32,000 bases of DNA, from contig CP042461.1 in assembly GCA_004563595.2 (NCBI GenBank), positions 300,001 to 332,000 on the forward strand, given 5' to 3'. The DNA comes from Candidatus Saccharimonadota bacterium. Lineage in GTDB: Bacteria; Patescibacteriota; Gracilibacteria; BD1-5; UBA6164. Shown piece by piece: positions 1 to 11,056 of the stretch (position 1 is its first letter; every line of letters begins with the position of its first letter). Under the pieces are notes generated by a model that was not told the origin of the DNA, made no database searches, and saw nothing but the letters and a program-made list of their open reading frames with translations. Made by a program: the position numbers and the translations under genes.

Positions 1-711
1 GAAATCATCCCTCATCCACATATTCTTTTCTCAAAGAACTATATTAAAGTTTATGTCTTGTAAATCAGGAAGAATTGTTAAGAGGGTCTTGAATATAGTT
101 GTTGATCATTGACTTCCGGCTATTATCATCACTTCAAGCTTTTCATTCTCTTCTATTTCTAAATCATCAAGGTAATCTAGTAACTCAGGGTTTAAAATTT
201 GTCAGGCTACAATATATTTTTTATTATCAATTTTTTTATTTGGGAAAGTATAAAACGTTTTTGTTGCAACTTTTCAGATAATTTTATTTGCAATTCATGC
301 TGTCATATCAGACTCATGAACATATATTTTTTTCCTGAGAATAAATGCTGCAATACAAAGAGGAAGACTTACATAGCCTCATTTTGAGAATACAATATCT
401 ATTTTATATTTTAATATATAGAATATTCAAAACACAATTCATGAGAGATTTTTTAATGGTTCATAAAAATTCCTCAGATCAAAGTATCTTCTTACTTTCC
501 CCGCAGGTATACTGAGAAATTTTATTTTATTTTTTGATGCTATTTCTTCTTCTAACGAATCTTCTTCTCAAACCCAGAAAAAATTATATTTTCGTTCCTC
601 GTTTAAATAATTATATGTTGATAATAATGGAAAAACATGACCTCAAGTTGAGCCTCAAGTAAGAGCAATAGTTTGTTTAGAATTCAGGGTTTTATCAATA
701 TGAGTACTCAT
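1..711 (-). CDS. murG: MurG, UDP-GlcNAc:lipid I N-acetylglucosaminyltransferase (3' end off the left edge)
   Basis: Code-25 translation from ATG 709-711 (minus) gives MSTHIDKTLNSKQTIALTGGSTGGHVFPLLS..., the MurG N-terminal GGTGGH loop. Two of its glycines are TGA (643-645, 655-657). Confidence 0.85.
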
Positions 712-713
712 GT

Positions 714-1301
714 TTAAAGTTTTATGTAATGTAATATTTTTATAATAAGCTTATTCAGTGATTTTACAAATTTTTGTTCTTTTAATAAATCTGTCATAAT
801 GAAACTTGATATAAATCAAACCAAAATTCATCAAATAATATCAAATGGCCAATGGACTCATGCAATTATTCTAGAAATATTCATTAACAGAACAAATGGA
901 AAAAATATGAGTCAGATCTTTTTATAACCTGCAAAGAATAATGAAAAAAGAAAAGCAAAGCTTACGGCTGCATGGTCTGAGGGGAAACTTGCATCAGGGA
1001 CATGGGAAAGTAATAACTTTCATACTCATTTTATAGCTTCTTCGGGTCTATCAAAAATGACTATTTGTTGAATAATCAGATTCATGATAATAGCAAGAAC
1101 AACAGAATAAAATATATTTAGTAACATTTCCTTTTTTTCATGTTGAGAATTAAAGTTATAAAAAATCCATGTAGATACTAAGAAGATTGGAAGGAAAAAT
1201 ATAGGAGCATCCGCAAAAATTCAAACCATAGATTCTATATTTGAATTTGAATTGAGAGAGTTCAGAAAAACAAGAAGGTCCTCATTAAATTTTTGTAACA
1301 T
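714..1301 (-). CDS. PAP2-family phosphatase (undecaprenyl-diphosphatase/BcrC-like)
   Basis: 195 aa under code 25. PAP2 motifs are present: DRPEE, PSDHA and SRIIAGVHWPFDI. The rest is hydrophobic. It sits 2 nt upstream of the murG start. Confidence 0.8.
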
Positions 1302-1451
1302 ATTTTAAGTTTATTTTAAGGTATTAAATTATACTAAAAGTCATTTTTAACAATTTAGCGTATTTCGTAAAATAATCAAGAAAAAACTTTCTATTTTATT
1401 AAAAAGCTTTATACTGAAGGGGACTTATTTTTTTATTACATTTTTTACTCT

Positions 1452-2729
1452 ATGTCCGATTATACTCCTTTAAAGTGAACAAAAGATTTATTTCCAGATG
1501 ATCATAAATACCTAACTTTCTTAAAGAAAGTTTTTCGTCATGAATTTCGTAAAAACTGATTTAGAAGAATTACCACTTCAGTACTTGAAAGTAATGAAAT
1601 TATAGGTGATGTTTTTTGAGAAAATACTGGAGGAATTTATAAAACAGAAGATGGATGTTTAAGATCTCATTCAGCAGTATGAATATTAAGAGCATATTTG
1701 AATGCAGAAATGAGTGAGGAGATTCAACCAGTATATTATTACTTTATGGATAATTATTTCTCAAATGGGGAAATGTGATATAATGAACTAGAAAAAATTG
1801 GTTGAGAAATAATCTGAGAAAATGATCCTATACTCGATGCCATTCTTATATATATTACTTATAGTATATTAAATAAAATTGGACTAGAAAATGATTTCAC
1901 TATCAGGATAAATTCTATTTGAATTGAAAAAGAAAAAGTAAAATATAGAGAAGAACTTATTTCTTTTTATGAAAATAAAAAACATTTATTATCAGAGAAA
2001 TCATTAGCTCTATTAGAATCTGATCCTATGCTTCTTCTCCTTTCAACAGAAGAAAATGAAGAAATTTTGGCAAAGGAAGCTCCTGCAATGACGAAGCTTC
2101 TTAAAAAGGACTCAAAAGCACATTATGCGAGTTTTAAAGAATACTTAGATTTATTAAAAATTCCATATATAGAAGATCATACTCTTGTTTGAAAATTTGA
2201 TTTTAACACTCATAATGTATGGGATTTTAGAGTAAAAGGCACGCATGAACAAATAGCTCTTTGAGCGAGGCATAATAAATTATCAACAAAACTCTGAACA
2301 CTAAAAGAGATTCCAGCAACTTGATTTTTTACAAATACAAATGTGATTGTAAAAATGCTTAAGGATAAGAATATTAAAATAAAAAATAAAGATTCAATTG
2401 ATCTCTATTTTGTACAATTATGAGATGAGGCAAAAAAAGCGATATTACCTTTGAGTTTACAAGCAAGAGATGCATGAATAAATACAGTAGTATCTCTTGG
2501 GACTCCTTCAATGAGAGAACAAATGCTCAAGGCAAATAGATCTTGATCAAAATATGTTGTAATGGTATGAATCATGGAAGCAAGGAACTGAATTTTTCAA
2601 GTAAGAGACACTATAGCAGGAACTCAAGAGGAAGTGAATAGGGATGACTTAATTAATTATATAATTGATAAGGTTTGAATTAAAAGTCTAGATTTTTATT
2701 GTCCAGCAAAGGATTTAATTAATGAATAG
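1452..2729 (+). CDS. hisS: Histidine--tRNA ligase (divergent HisRS/HisZ-like)
   Basis: 426 codons under code 25. Sequence: MSDYTPLKGTKDLFPDDHKYL...NGFRRITTSVLE...ALGARHNKLSTKLGTLKEIPATGFF. This matches the HisRS N-terminal GTxDxxP signature and a motif-3-like segment. Many in-frame TGA codons. Confidence 0.7.
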
Positions 2730-2740
2730 AAAATAAAGAA

Positions 2741-2770
2741 AAAAGAGTTATTATATATAACTCTTTTTTT
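2741..2770 (+). terminator. Rho-independent terminator after hisS
   Basis: Hairpin agagtta/taactct (2744-2764) followed by a T-run. Confidence 0.65.
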
Positions 2771-2847
2771 AATGCTCCTATATTTGACTCACTTTAATAT
2801 ATATTGTATAATATATACAGATACTATATAATTAAAAAAAGGAAAAT

Positions 2848-3513
2848 ATGACTACATGAGTAATAATTTTACGTTTATTTATAAGTGCATTACTTTCAAT
2901 GGCAATAGGGTTGGAAAGAGAATTCAAACATCAACCAGCTGGAGTGAGAACTCATATACTTATATGAATTTGATCATGCTTATTTATGATGATTTCAATT
3001 CTAATGACTGAACATTATGCAACTGCAGTAAGTGATCCATCAAGAATAGCTGCTCAGGTAGTATCATGAGTTTGATTTTTATGAGCATGAGCAATTTTAA
3101 AAATGTGATTTAATACAAAGTGACTTACAACTGCTGCAAATATCTGGGCAACTTCTGCTATATGATTAGCAGTTTGAGCCTGATTTTACGCAGCTGCCTT
3201 TGCAGCGGTAGCATTTATTTTGTTTAACCTCGTCTTTGTTTCAAAGATTAAGTGAAAATTTATGAAAAAATCTCGTTATTGTTCCATTCATCTGGAATTT
3301 CTTAAAAAAGATTTATCTGAAAAAAAATTGATAGGAAAATTAGACAAACTTCCTGTAGAAGTATTAACAAAAAACATTAAAGAGGATTCAAAGAAGACCA
3401 ATATTAGAATTATAGCAAAAATAAATAAAAATATTGATATATATGAAGTACATGCAGAGTTAAAAGACATTGAATGACTCTCAAAAATATCGATTTGAGA
3501 AAACGTAAAATAA
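2848..3513 (+). CDS. MgtC/SapB-family membrane protein
   Basis: Sequence: GLEREFKHQPAGVRTHILIGIGSCLFM...SRIAAQVVSGVGFLGAGAI...GLTTAANIWATSAIGLAVGAGFY. By hand count, 15 of 18 Gly codons are TGA. Confidence 0.85.
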
Positions 3514-3516
3514 AAA

Positions 3517-3542
3517 ATAGTCCCATTCGGGACTATTTTTTT
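3517..3542 (+). terminator. Rho-independent terminator after the mgtC-family gene
   Basis: atagtccc-attc-gggactat hairpin followed by a T-run. Confidence 0.8.
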
Positions 3543-3616
3543 AAGTTTAAATTTAGTTTAATTTAATGTTACAAGGTTAAAATATAATCACGATTTATTC
3601 TTTATAAAAAACTTAT

Positions 3617-4240
3617 ATGTTTTACTCACAAAAAGAATTGATTGATACAATGAAAACCCGATGATATTTAAAAACAAAAAAAATAATATATGCTTTTAAT
3701 CGTGTAGATAGAAAAGATTTTGTACAAGATGAGTGATGAGGGAATGTATATTGAGATTTTCCTTTGCCAATCTGAAGTTGACAAACCATATCTCAACCTT
3801 CCACCGTTGCTTTTATGCTTGAACTCTTAAGGCCAGAAAAATCAGAAAATATTTTGGATATAGGATCAGGCTCTTGATGGACGACGGCATTATTAGCTGA
3901 AATTGTATGAAAATGATGAAGTGTATTATGATTAGAAAGAGTTGATGAACTGGTTGGTTTCTGATCAGAAAATTTGAACAAATATAATTTCAAAAATGCT
4001 AGCATCGAAAAAGCAGATAAAACTTTATGAAAGAGAGGTGAAGAATTTGATAAAATTTTGGTATCTGCTTGAGCTGATATGTTACCACAAGAGTTGGTAA
4101 AACAGTTACAAATATGATGAATAATGGTGATTCCGATAAAAAATTCTATTTGTAGAATAAAAAAAATATCTGAGGATGATTATTCTTTAAAGGAATTCCA
4201 AGGTTTTATATTTGTTCCTTTAATAGATGATACAGGGTAA
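3617..4240 (+). CDS. pcm: Protein-L-isoaspartate O-methyltransferase
   Basis: Sequence: GQTISQPSTVAFMLELL...ILDIGSGSGWTTALLAEIVG...GGIMVIPI. The SAM-binding DIGSGSGW contains TGA (3875-3877) directly followed by TGG (Trp). Confidence 0.85.
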
Positions 4241-4263
4241 CTTATTTTTCTAACTTTGTTATT

Positions 4264-4545
4264 ATGTTTAAAGCAAGTATAAGAGTTTATAAAAATATAA
4301 ACTGAAAAGAGGAAGAAATAAAAAAGGATTTTGATAATGAAAAAGAATACAATGATTTTGTTGAGAAAAATCCTGAGTTAAAAAAAATGAGTGAATGGAA
4401 AGAACTAGGTTGGCCTAAAGACTTATTTGATATGAAGCATTTTTTTGAAGAGAGAGACAAAATACTTGATATGAGTATGTTTGATGAAATAGAGGATGAT
4501 TTTAAAAAGCTCTCAAATAAAGCGAGAGGAATGCTTTGAAAATAA
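4264..4545 (+). CDS. Hypothetical small acidic protein (93 aa)
   Basis: Open frame under code 25 with 2 TGA codons. No recognisable motif. Confidence 0.45.
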
Positions 4546-4569
4546 ATTTATTTAGTAAATAGTAATATT

Positions 4570-4863
4570 ATGAAAGAAAAAATAAGAACTTTTATAGAGA
4601 ACGTAAGTTCGAAAGATTTAAAAGATGTATTAAAAAATCATCTTTATGAAATAATAGAGGATAAGACAAAACAGAGAATTACATTACTGATTGATAAAAA
4701 ATATGCTATGAATGTTTTACGAAAACCAGCAAATTTAGTTAAGTTAATCAAATGAATATATAAAAAGTATTGAGTAAAATACAAAGCAAATATAAGATTA
4801 AAAATTGATACAACTCATCATGATAGGGAGATGATGCTTCCTCATATAATCCATTATGGATAA
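4570..4863 (+). CDS. Hypothetical protein (97 aa)
   Basis: The track ORF 4570-4755 continues through two TGA codons to TAA at 4861-4863. Confidence 0.5.
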
Positions 4864-4868
4864 GCACT

Positions 4869-4899
4869 AAAAAAACCGACACGAATGTCGGTTTTTTTT
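4869..4899. terminator. Bidirectional rho-independent terminator
   Basis: ccgaca-cgaa-tgtcgg hairpin flanked by an A-run and a T-run, between convergent genes. Confidence 0.8.
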
Positions 4900-4908
4900 C
4901 TCTTCAGA

Positions 4909-5352
4909 TTATCATTCTTTTTTATTTATTTTTGATAAGAATGGTTTGTCTTTAGAGATGTTGAATTTATTTTTTATAAATCCAGGTAACATATAATTAT
5001 TACTTCTCGAATTATCGAGGGTAAAATTATCTGTTGTGGTATCAGTTTTTATTTTCCTTTTCGAACTATTGAAAGTAAAACGATATACTGTGGTATTAGT
5101 CTCGTTTTTCCCTTTCGAATTATCGAGAGTAGAAGGTAAATACTGTGGTATCAATTTTGCTTTTCCCTTTAATATTGAGAGAAGGCAAACTGAGTGAGCA
5201 TTGGCAAAATCAACATGACCATTATAGCGGTTGATTGCTTTTATTGCTCGTTTAGGACTCAAATTATTTGTAGATACTAATAATTGAGTGAGTTCTTCTT
5301 TCTGTGTACCATTAATTTGTTGGTACTTTATGTTTCCTGTGTTGTTGAGCAT
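4909..5352 (-). CDS. TGA-free repeat protein with a possible ComEA-like HhH N-terminus
   Basis: Strong SD (caaggagaaattcaATG). The N-terminus QINGTQKEELTQLLVSTNNLSPKRAIKAINRYNGHVDF resembles the ComEA helix-hairpin-helix. The C-terminus has three tandem repeats of about 19 aa (..TLDNS..). The gene ends TGA-TAA, so code 25 adds one Gly. Confidence 0.55.
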
Positions 5353-5487
5353 TGAATTTCTCCTTGAGCGTACAACTTGTGTTTATATCTATCATTTTAC
5401 TGTCCCTTTTTGGAAAGTGCATAATGTAGGTTTGATTATCATTATTAATAATCGAGCATATTTTATATGAATAAACGCTTAAGTCAA

Positions 5488-5525
5488 TAAAAAAGCGCTT
5501 TCTCTATAGAGAAAGCGCTTTTTTA
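5488..5525. terminator. Bidirectional terminator (11-bp perfect stem)
   Basis: agcgctttctc-tata-gagaaagcgct hairpin flanked by A- and T-runs. It overlaps the malic-enzyme stop codon. Confidence 0.8.
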
Positions 5526-6683
5526 TTTTATTACTTTTGCAATTTCATCTGCAACTCATCTATCAAGAGGAGAGGGGATAATCTCATCAACAGTAGGATT
5601 TTTTATATAAGCCGCAAGAGCTTTTGCAGCTGTTATCTTCATATCATCTGTGATTTTATTCACTCTATTTTGAAGTGCTCACTTAAAAAGTCATGGAAAC
5701 ACCAGTACATTGTTCAATTGATTTGGAAAATCAGAACGACCGGTTGCAATAATTTTTGCTCCAGCTTCTTTTGCCAAGTCAGGCATTATCTCTGGGGTAG
5801 GATTTGCCATCGCAAAGATCATTGGATCAGTATTCATAGATCTCACCATATCTTGAGAGAGAGCTCCAGCAACTGATACTCAAATGAATACATCCCTGTC
5901 TTTTACAGCTTCAGTTAATCATCACTTTATACATTCTTTAGAGTCTGGATCAAGAATACACGCTGTATTTGTAATATCAGTAAGCATCTCTTTTGTTGGA
6001 TTGAGCCCATCTCTTTCTTTGTGGATAGTTCATCTGCTATCAACCATAACTATATCCTTTACTCAGTAGAGAAGGAGGAGTTTTGTAATTGCTACTCCGG
6101 CAGCTCATACTCCATTTACTACAACTTTGATCTCTTCTTTAGTTTTTCCTGTGATCTTTAAACCGTTAATAAGTCCTGCAAGGGTTACAATTGCAGTTCC
6201 ATGTTGATCATCATGAAATACTGGTATATCCAGTTCAGCTTTGAGTCTTTCTTCTATTTCAAAACACCTTGGTGCTGAAAAATCTTCTAAGTTAATTCAC
6301 CCAAAAGTCGGAGCAATATGTTTGATAGTTTGTATTATTTCTTCTGTATCTTGAGTATCAAGAATAATAGGGAATGCATTTACTCATCCAAATTCTTTGA
6401 GGAGAGCACATTTTCATTCCATAACCGGAAGTCATGCAATTCATCCTATATTTCCAAGTCATAGTACAGCTGATCCATCGGATATAACGGCTACTGTATT
6501 TGCTTTGAGGGTATATTCATAGGCTTTTTCACTATCTTTTGCTATTTCTCTACATGGTTCTGCTACTCATGGTGAATACGCAAGAGAAAGGTCATCTTTT
6601 GTATTAAGAGACATTTTTAAACCTGTTTCAAGTTTTCCTTGATGTTGCTTATGTAATTTTAGGCTTTCTTTAAAGTAGTCCAT
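5523..6683 (-). CDS. NAD(P)-dependent malic enzyme (short form)
   Basis: 386 aa under code 25. Sequence: ...[14 protein letters not shown]...[36 protein letters not shown]...[19 protein letters not shown]...[13 protein letters not shown]...VNGVGAAGVA. Confidence 0.9.
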
Positions 6684-6852
6684 AGTTTGATTTAAGTTAT
6701 ATGTATAGAAGAGTATTATATATGATTTAAGAATTATGCAAAATAATATATCAGTATTTTTTAACATGAATCCTTACATGCTTCTTACTTAGTATGTATA
6801 TATTGATATTAATTCAATAGGAATATTACTGTATTTGTATATCAATTTTAGT

Positions 6853-6993
6853 ATGAAAGCCTTTAAAGATCAATTACTTGAAAAAGCTAAAAATGAATGA
6901 ATAGGGAAAGCTATTGAGTATTTAGATGACTTGAATTTTCCTGATAAAAATAAAAAAGAGATATTAGATTTTATTAATGATAATTATAGATAA
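6853..6993 (+). CDS. Possible small protein (46 aa)
   Basis: ATG to TAA with one TGA. No homology recognised. It could be non-coding. Confidence 0.3.
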
Positions 6994-7012
6994 GAAAATT
7001 ATAGATTTTTTA

Positions 7013-7040
7013 TTGACAAATTAAATAAATAATCTATAAT
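7013..7040 (+). promoter_or_regulatory. Sigma70-type promoter for purL
   Basis: TTGACA (7013-7018), 16-nt spacer, TATAAT (7035-7040). The start codon lies about 65 nt downstream. Confidence 0.6.
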
Positions 7041-7106
7041 TTTTCAGCATTTTTTTGTTCATTAACATTACTGAAATCTGTTGAAAAATACAGAAAGGAA
7101 AGCGCT

Positions 7107-10100
7107 ATGTTACAGTTATATGTAAAGATAGACCAAAATAAAGAGAAATGTTTCAGTATTGATGTGAGTTCTGAACTTACGCAAGATGAATCAAAGATTC
7201 TTTATGAAATTCTAGCCCCAGGCTGGGAAGTAGATCTAATCAGTCTTAGACCTTACCTTGATATTTGTGATGGGAAAGGTGTTGAGATTGGACCACGTAT
7301 GAACTTTGAAACAGCTTTTTCTACGAATGTAGTTTCTACATACCATAATATTGGTTTGCAGAAGGTTCTTCGTGTTGAAAAATCTATCCGGTATCTTACT
7401 GATAATGTTTCAAGAGTAATTGAAATACAATGTGATCGTATGACCCAAGAGGTCTATTATAGACCTCTTGGGTCATTTTCTCTTGATCGTCCTGTTTATG
7501 AAGTAGTTAAACTTGGGCTTTTTGAAAATGGTATTGATGCTTTTAGCTTACTGAAAGGTCTTTCTTTTAGTGAACAAGATAAACAGATTTATTATGATTA
7601 TTTTGTGAATAAAGAAAAGAGAAATCCTACGAATGTGGAACTGTTTGATTTATTAAACTCTAATTGTGAACACTCACGACATGGTTGGTTCAATGCACTT
7701 CAAATTATTGATGGGGTTGAGCAGGAACATTCTGCTTTTTCATTGGTTAAATCAACTTTACAAGCAAATAAAAATGGGAGTGTAATTGGTTTTCATGATA
7801 ATTCGAGTAGTATTCGTGGTTTTATTGGAAAAATATTAATACCAACTTGTCCTGGTCAACCTTCTGAATTTATTCCACGAGTAGTTGATTGGGATCTTAC
7901 CTTTACAGCTGAAACTCATAACTTTCCAACTGGTATTGCTCCATATCCTGGAGCAGCTACTGGTACAGGAGGTCGTTTACGTGATCAGATGGCAACAGGG
8001 AAAGGAAGCAATGTTATAGCTGGTACTATTGGTTATGATGTTTCGTCTCTTCATATTGAAGGTTATGAATTGTCTGGTGAAAATCCAGATTTTCATTCTC
8101 CTGAGAATATGGCGACTGGCTTAGAAATCTTGATTCAAGGAAGTAACGGTGCCTCTAATTATGGAAATGAGTTTGGTGAACCTCTCATTCAAGGTTATAG
8201 TCGTAATTTTGACCTGAGAATTCCAAATGGTGAACGCTGGGCTTATGTAAAGCCTATATTGTTTACTGGTGGAATTGGGCAAATGCGACATGAACATCAT
8301 GAAAAAGGTCATGCAGAAAAAGGTTTACTTATCGTTCAGGTAGGTGGTCCTGCATATCGTATTGGCTTTGGAGGTGGTGCTGCTTCTAGTATGCATCAAG
8401 GTGATAATGATGCTGAACTTGATTTCAATGCCGTGCAACGTGGCAATGCTGAAATGGAGAAAAAACTGTATAATGTTGTACGTACTTGTAATGAGATGGG
8501 TGAAAACTCTCCTATTGTAAGTACACATGACCAAGGTGCAGGTGGTCCAGGAAATATACTGAAAGAACTTGTTGAAGAATCTGGAGGGAGAGTTGATATT
8601 CGTAAAATCAATAGTGGTGATCCGACATTATCGGTATTGGAACTGTGGGTTTGTGAATTTCAAGAACGTGGTGGTTTTTTAATTCCTCGTGATCGAATTG
8701 AAGAATTTTTATTAATTTGTGAAAGGGAGAAAGTTCCATGTGAAATATTGGGTGAAGTGACTGGTGATGGACGTTTTGTAGTTGAAGATAGTCATGATGG
8801 ATCAACTCCTGTTGATTTTGACTTAAAAGCAATTCTTGCTGATTTCCCTCGTACTACGTATGAGGATACAAGAATTGATCTTGGATTACAATCACTTGAA
8901 ATTCCTGATGAATTAACTGTATCTGTTGGACTTGAGAGAGTTTTTAAACTTCTTTCTGTTGGTTCAAAAGGTTACTTAGTTCACAAGGCTGATCGAAGTG
9001 TAAGTGGCCTAATTGCTCAGCAACAGTGTGTAGGTCCTCTCCAGTTACCATTATCAAATGTTGCTGTAATTGCTCTTTCTCATTTTGAGTTATCGGGTGG
9101 AGCAACAGCTCAAGGTGAAAAGTCGCCTTGTATGATAGTGAATCCAGAAGCAGGAGCTCGTTTATCGATCGCAGAAATGCTCATGAATATGATGTGTGCT
9201 GGTATTACTGATATTAAGCATGTTAAATGTTCTGTAAATTGGATGTGGGCACCAAAAAAACCAGGTGAAGGAGCTGCATTGTATGATGCAGTAAATTCTA
9301 TGTCTCAATTTATGCCACTCCTTGGAGTAGCAGCAGATGGAGGGAAAGATAGTCTATCTATGGCAGCTGAAGTGAATGGTGAATTAGTAAAATCACCAAG
9401 AACAATGGTTGTTTCAGGGTATGCTCCAGTAGCAGATATTACAAAAGTTGTCACACCAGATATTAAAAAACCTGGTGAAAGTCAGCTTTTGTATATTGAT
9501 TTATCTGCTGACTTGGCTCGCTTAGGTGGCTCAGCTTTTGCTCAATCACTTGGGCAGATCGGGAATGAATGTCCTGATATTGATACTCCAGAGCTATTAT
9601 TAAGTTTATTTGATGCTATTCAGGGGTTAATTACTGAAGATTTCATCTTGTCATATCATGATATTAGTGATGGAGGTCTTATTACGACGCTTTGCGAAAT
9701 GGCTATGGCTGGTAATTGTGGTATTGATGTTAATATACAGACTCAACAGGAAGCAATAAATAAGTTGTTTGCTGAAGAGCCAGGAATTATCATTGAAGTA
9801 CAACATGATTATATTGATGAAGTATTAATGGCTTTAAGCTTAAAAGGGGTAGGTTTTCAAAAAATTGGTGAAACAATTCCATGGAAGCATATAACTATTC
9901 ACGTAAATGACGATGAGGAGTTTAATCTAGCAACAAAAGATGTTCGTCAGTGGTGGAATGAAACTTCGTATCAGTTAGAAAAACAACAAGGAAATACTTG
10001 TGCTGATGATGAAAAAATGAATACTGATGACTTAAAAAATCCACAGTATTCATTAAGTTTTGTTCCTGAAATTACTTCAAAAGAAATTTTGGAGTCTGAT

Positions 10101-10895
10101 GAAAAAACCTGGGTTGCGGTGATTCGTGAAGAAGGAAGTAATGGAGATAGGGAAATGATATCAGCGCTTTATATGGCTGGTTTATGTCCTGTTGATATTA
10201 CTATGTATGATTTGCTGAATAAAAAAGTAGATCTTGCAGCTTTCCGTGGTGCTGTCTTTGTAGGAGGTTTCTCTTATGCAGATTATCCGGAATCAGCCAA
10301 AGGTTGGGCTGCAACTATTAGAAACAATCCAAGATTAAAAACTATGTTTACAGCGTTTAAGGAGCGCAGTGATACCTGGTCATTTGGTGTTTGTAATGGT
10401 TGTCAAATGATGGCTTTACTTGGTTGGGCAGTTTCTTCTGATATTCCTGAAGTAGAAAGACCTCGTTTTGTAAAAAATGTGTCTGATAAATTTGAGTCTC
10501 GTTATACTACGGTAAAAATACCAGAAAGTCGTTCGATTATGTTTAGTGGAATGTCTGGTTCGGTGTTACCGGTGTGGAGCGCTCATGCTGAAGGACAAAT
10601 TTTTGCTGATCAAGAATTATTAGCAAAAATGAGAATAGAAGGAAATGTTCCAGTGTTATACGCAGATAATGAAGGGGAAGAAACTCAAGATTATCCGTTT
10701 AATCCGAATGGGTCACCACTAGCAATTGCTGGTTTGTGTAGTTCAGATGGTCGGCATACAATTATGATGCCGCATCCAGAAAGACTTTTTCAGACTTGGC
10801 AGTTCTCATGGTTACCTGAAGAAATGCAAAACTTAACTGCATCACCTTGGCTGAAGATTTTTCAGAATGCCAGAGAGTGGTGTGAACAAAATTAA
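7107..10895 (+). CDS. purL: Phosphoribosylformylglycinamidine (FGAM) synthase, single-chain large PurL
   Basis: 1262 aa, uninterrupted even under the standard code. The glutaminase nucleophile GVCNGCQMM and the MMPHPER motif are present. All Gly codons (about 112 by hand count) are GGN and none is TGA. Ends in TAA. Confidence 0.95.
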   Translation: MLQLYVKIDQNKEKCFSIDVSSELTQDESKILYEILAPGWEVDLISLRPYLDICDGKGVEIGPRMNFETAFSTNVVSTYHNIGLQKVLRVEKSIRYLTDNVSRVIEIQCDRMTQEVYYRPLGSFSLDRPVYEVVKLGLFENGIDAFSLLKGLSFSEQDKQIYYDYFVNKEKRNPTNVELFDLLNSNCEHSRHGWFNALQIIDGVEQEHSAFSLVKSTLQANKNGSVIGFHDNSSSIRGFIGKILIPTCPGQPSEFIPRVVDWDLTFTAETHNFPTGIAPYPGAATGTGGRLRDQMATGKGSNVIAGTIGYDVSSLHIEGYELSGENPDFHSPENMATGLEILIQGSNGASNYGNEFGEPLIQGYSRNFDLRIPNGERWAYVKPILFTGGIGQMRHEHHEKGHAEKGLLIVQVGGPAYRIGFGGGAASSMHQGDNDAELDFNAVQRGNAEMEKKLYNVVRTCNEMGENSPIVSTHDQGAGGPGNILKELVEESGGRVDIRKINSGDPTLSVLELWVCEFQERGGFLIPRDRIEEFLLICEREKVPCEILGEVTGDGRFVVEDSHDGSTPVDFDLKAILADFPRTTYEDTRIDLGLQSLEIPDELTVSVGLERVFKLLSVGSKGYLVHKADRSVSGLIAQQQCVGPLQLPLSNVAVIALSHFELSGGATAQGEKSPCMIVNPEAGARLSIAEMLMNMMCAGITDIKHVKCSVNWMWAPKKPGEGAALYDAVNSMSQFMPLLGVAADGGKDSLSMAAEVNGELVKSPRTMVVSGYAPVADITKVVTPDIKKPGESQLLYIDLSADLARLGGSAFAQSLGQIGNECPDIDTPELLLSLFDAIQGLITEDFILSYHDISDGGLITTLCEMAMAGNCGIDVNIQTQQEAINKLFAEEPGIIIEVQHDYIDEVLMALSLKGVGFQKIGETIPWKHITIHVNDDEEFNLATKDVRQWWNETSYQLEKQQGNTCADDEKMNTDDLKNPQYSLSFVPEITSKEILESDEKTWVAVIREEGSNGDREMISALYMAGLCPVDITMYDLLNKKVDLAAFRGAVFVGGFSYADYPESAKGWAATIRNNPRLKTMFTAFKERSDTWSFGVCNGCQMMALLGWAVSSDIPEVERPRFVKNVSDKFESRYTTVKIPESRSIMFSGMSGSVLPVWSAHAEGQIFADQELLAKMRIEGNVPVLYADNEGEETQDYPFNPNGSPLAIAGLCSSDGRHTIMMPHPERLFQTWQFSWLPEEMQNLTASPWLKIFQNAREWCEQN

Positions 10896-10915
10896 AAGGA
10901 GTGAAATAAGAGAAA

Positions 10916-10946
10916 ACGTGTAGATTTAAATCTACACGTTTTTTTG
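10916..10946 (+). terminator. Rho-independent terminator after purL
   Basis: 10-bp perfect stem acgtgtagat-ttaa-atctacacgt followed by a T-run. Confidence 0.85.
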
Positions 10947-10959
10947 TTGTAAAAATTAT

Positions 10960-10988
10960 TTGACAAATATGTATAAAATACGTATAAA
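10960..10988 (+). promoter_or_regulatory. Sigma70-type promoter for the purN-like gene
   Basis: TTGACA (10960-10965), 17-nt spacer, TATAAA (10983-10988). Confidence 0.55.
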
Positions 10989-11056
10989 TACTTGAATAAA
11001 TTATGTAAAATAGAGATGGAGGACTCTAGATTTTTATTTTTTTAATAATTATTTTT

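Noticed and set aside
99-387. Standard-code ORFs 99-281 and 199-387 on the plus strand
   Set aside because: They are antisense or out of frame relative to murG on the minus strand, which reads cleanly under code 25. The peptides are low-complexity with no motifs.
7041-7106. Possible purine or ZTP riboswitch in the purL leader
   Set aside because: The leader of about 65 nt is too short and AT-rich. I could not find the conserved purine-riboswitch junction or the ZTP pseudoknot sequences.
8121-8832. Four minus-strand ORFs (63-74 aa) inside purL, plus ORFs at 12006-12332, 12717-13028 and 12922-13209 around purM
   Set aside because: They are shadow ORFs within or overlapping well-supported long genes. 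They arise because the TGA-free, more GC-rich imported genes have few stops in alternative frames.
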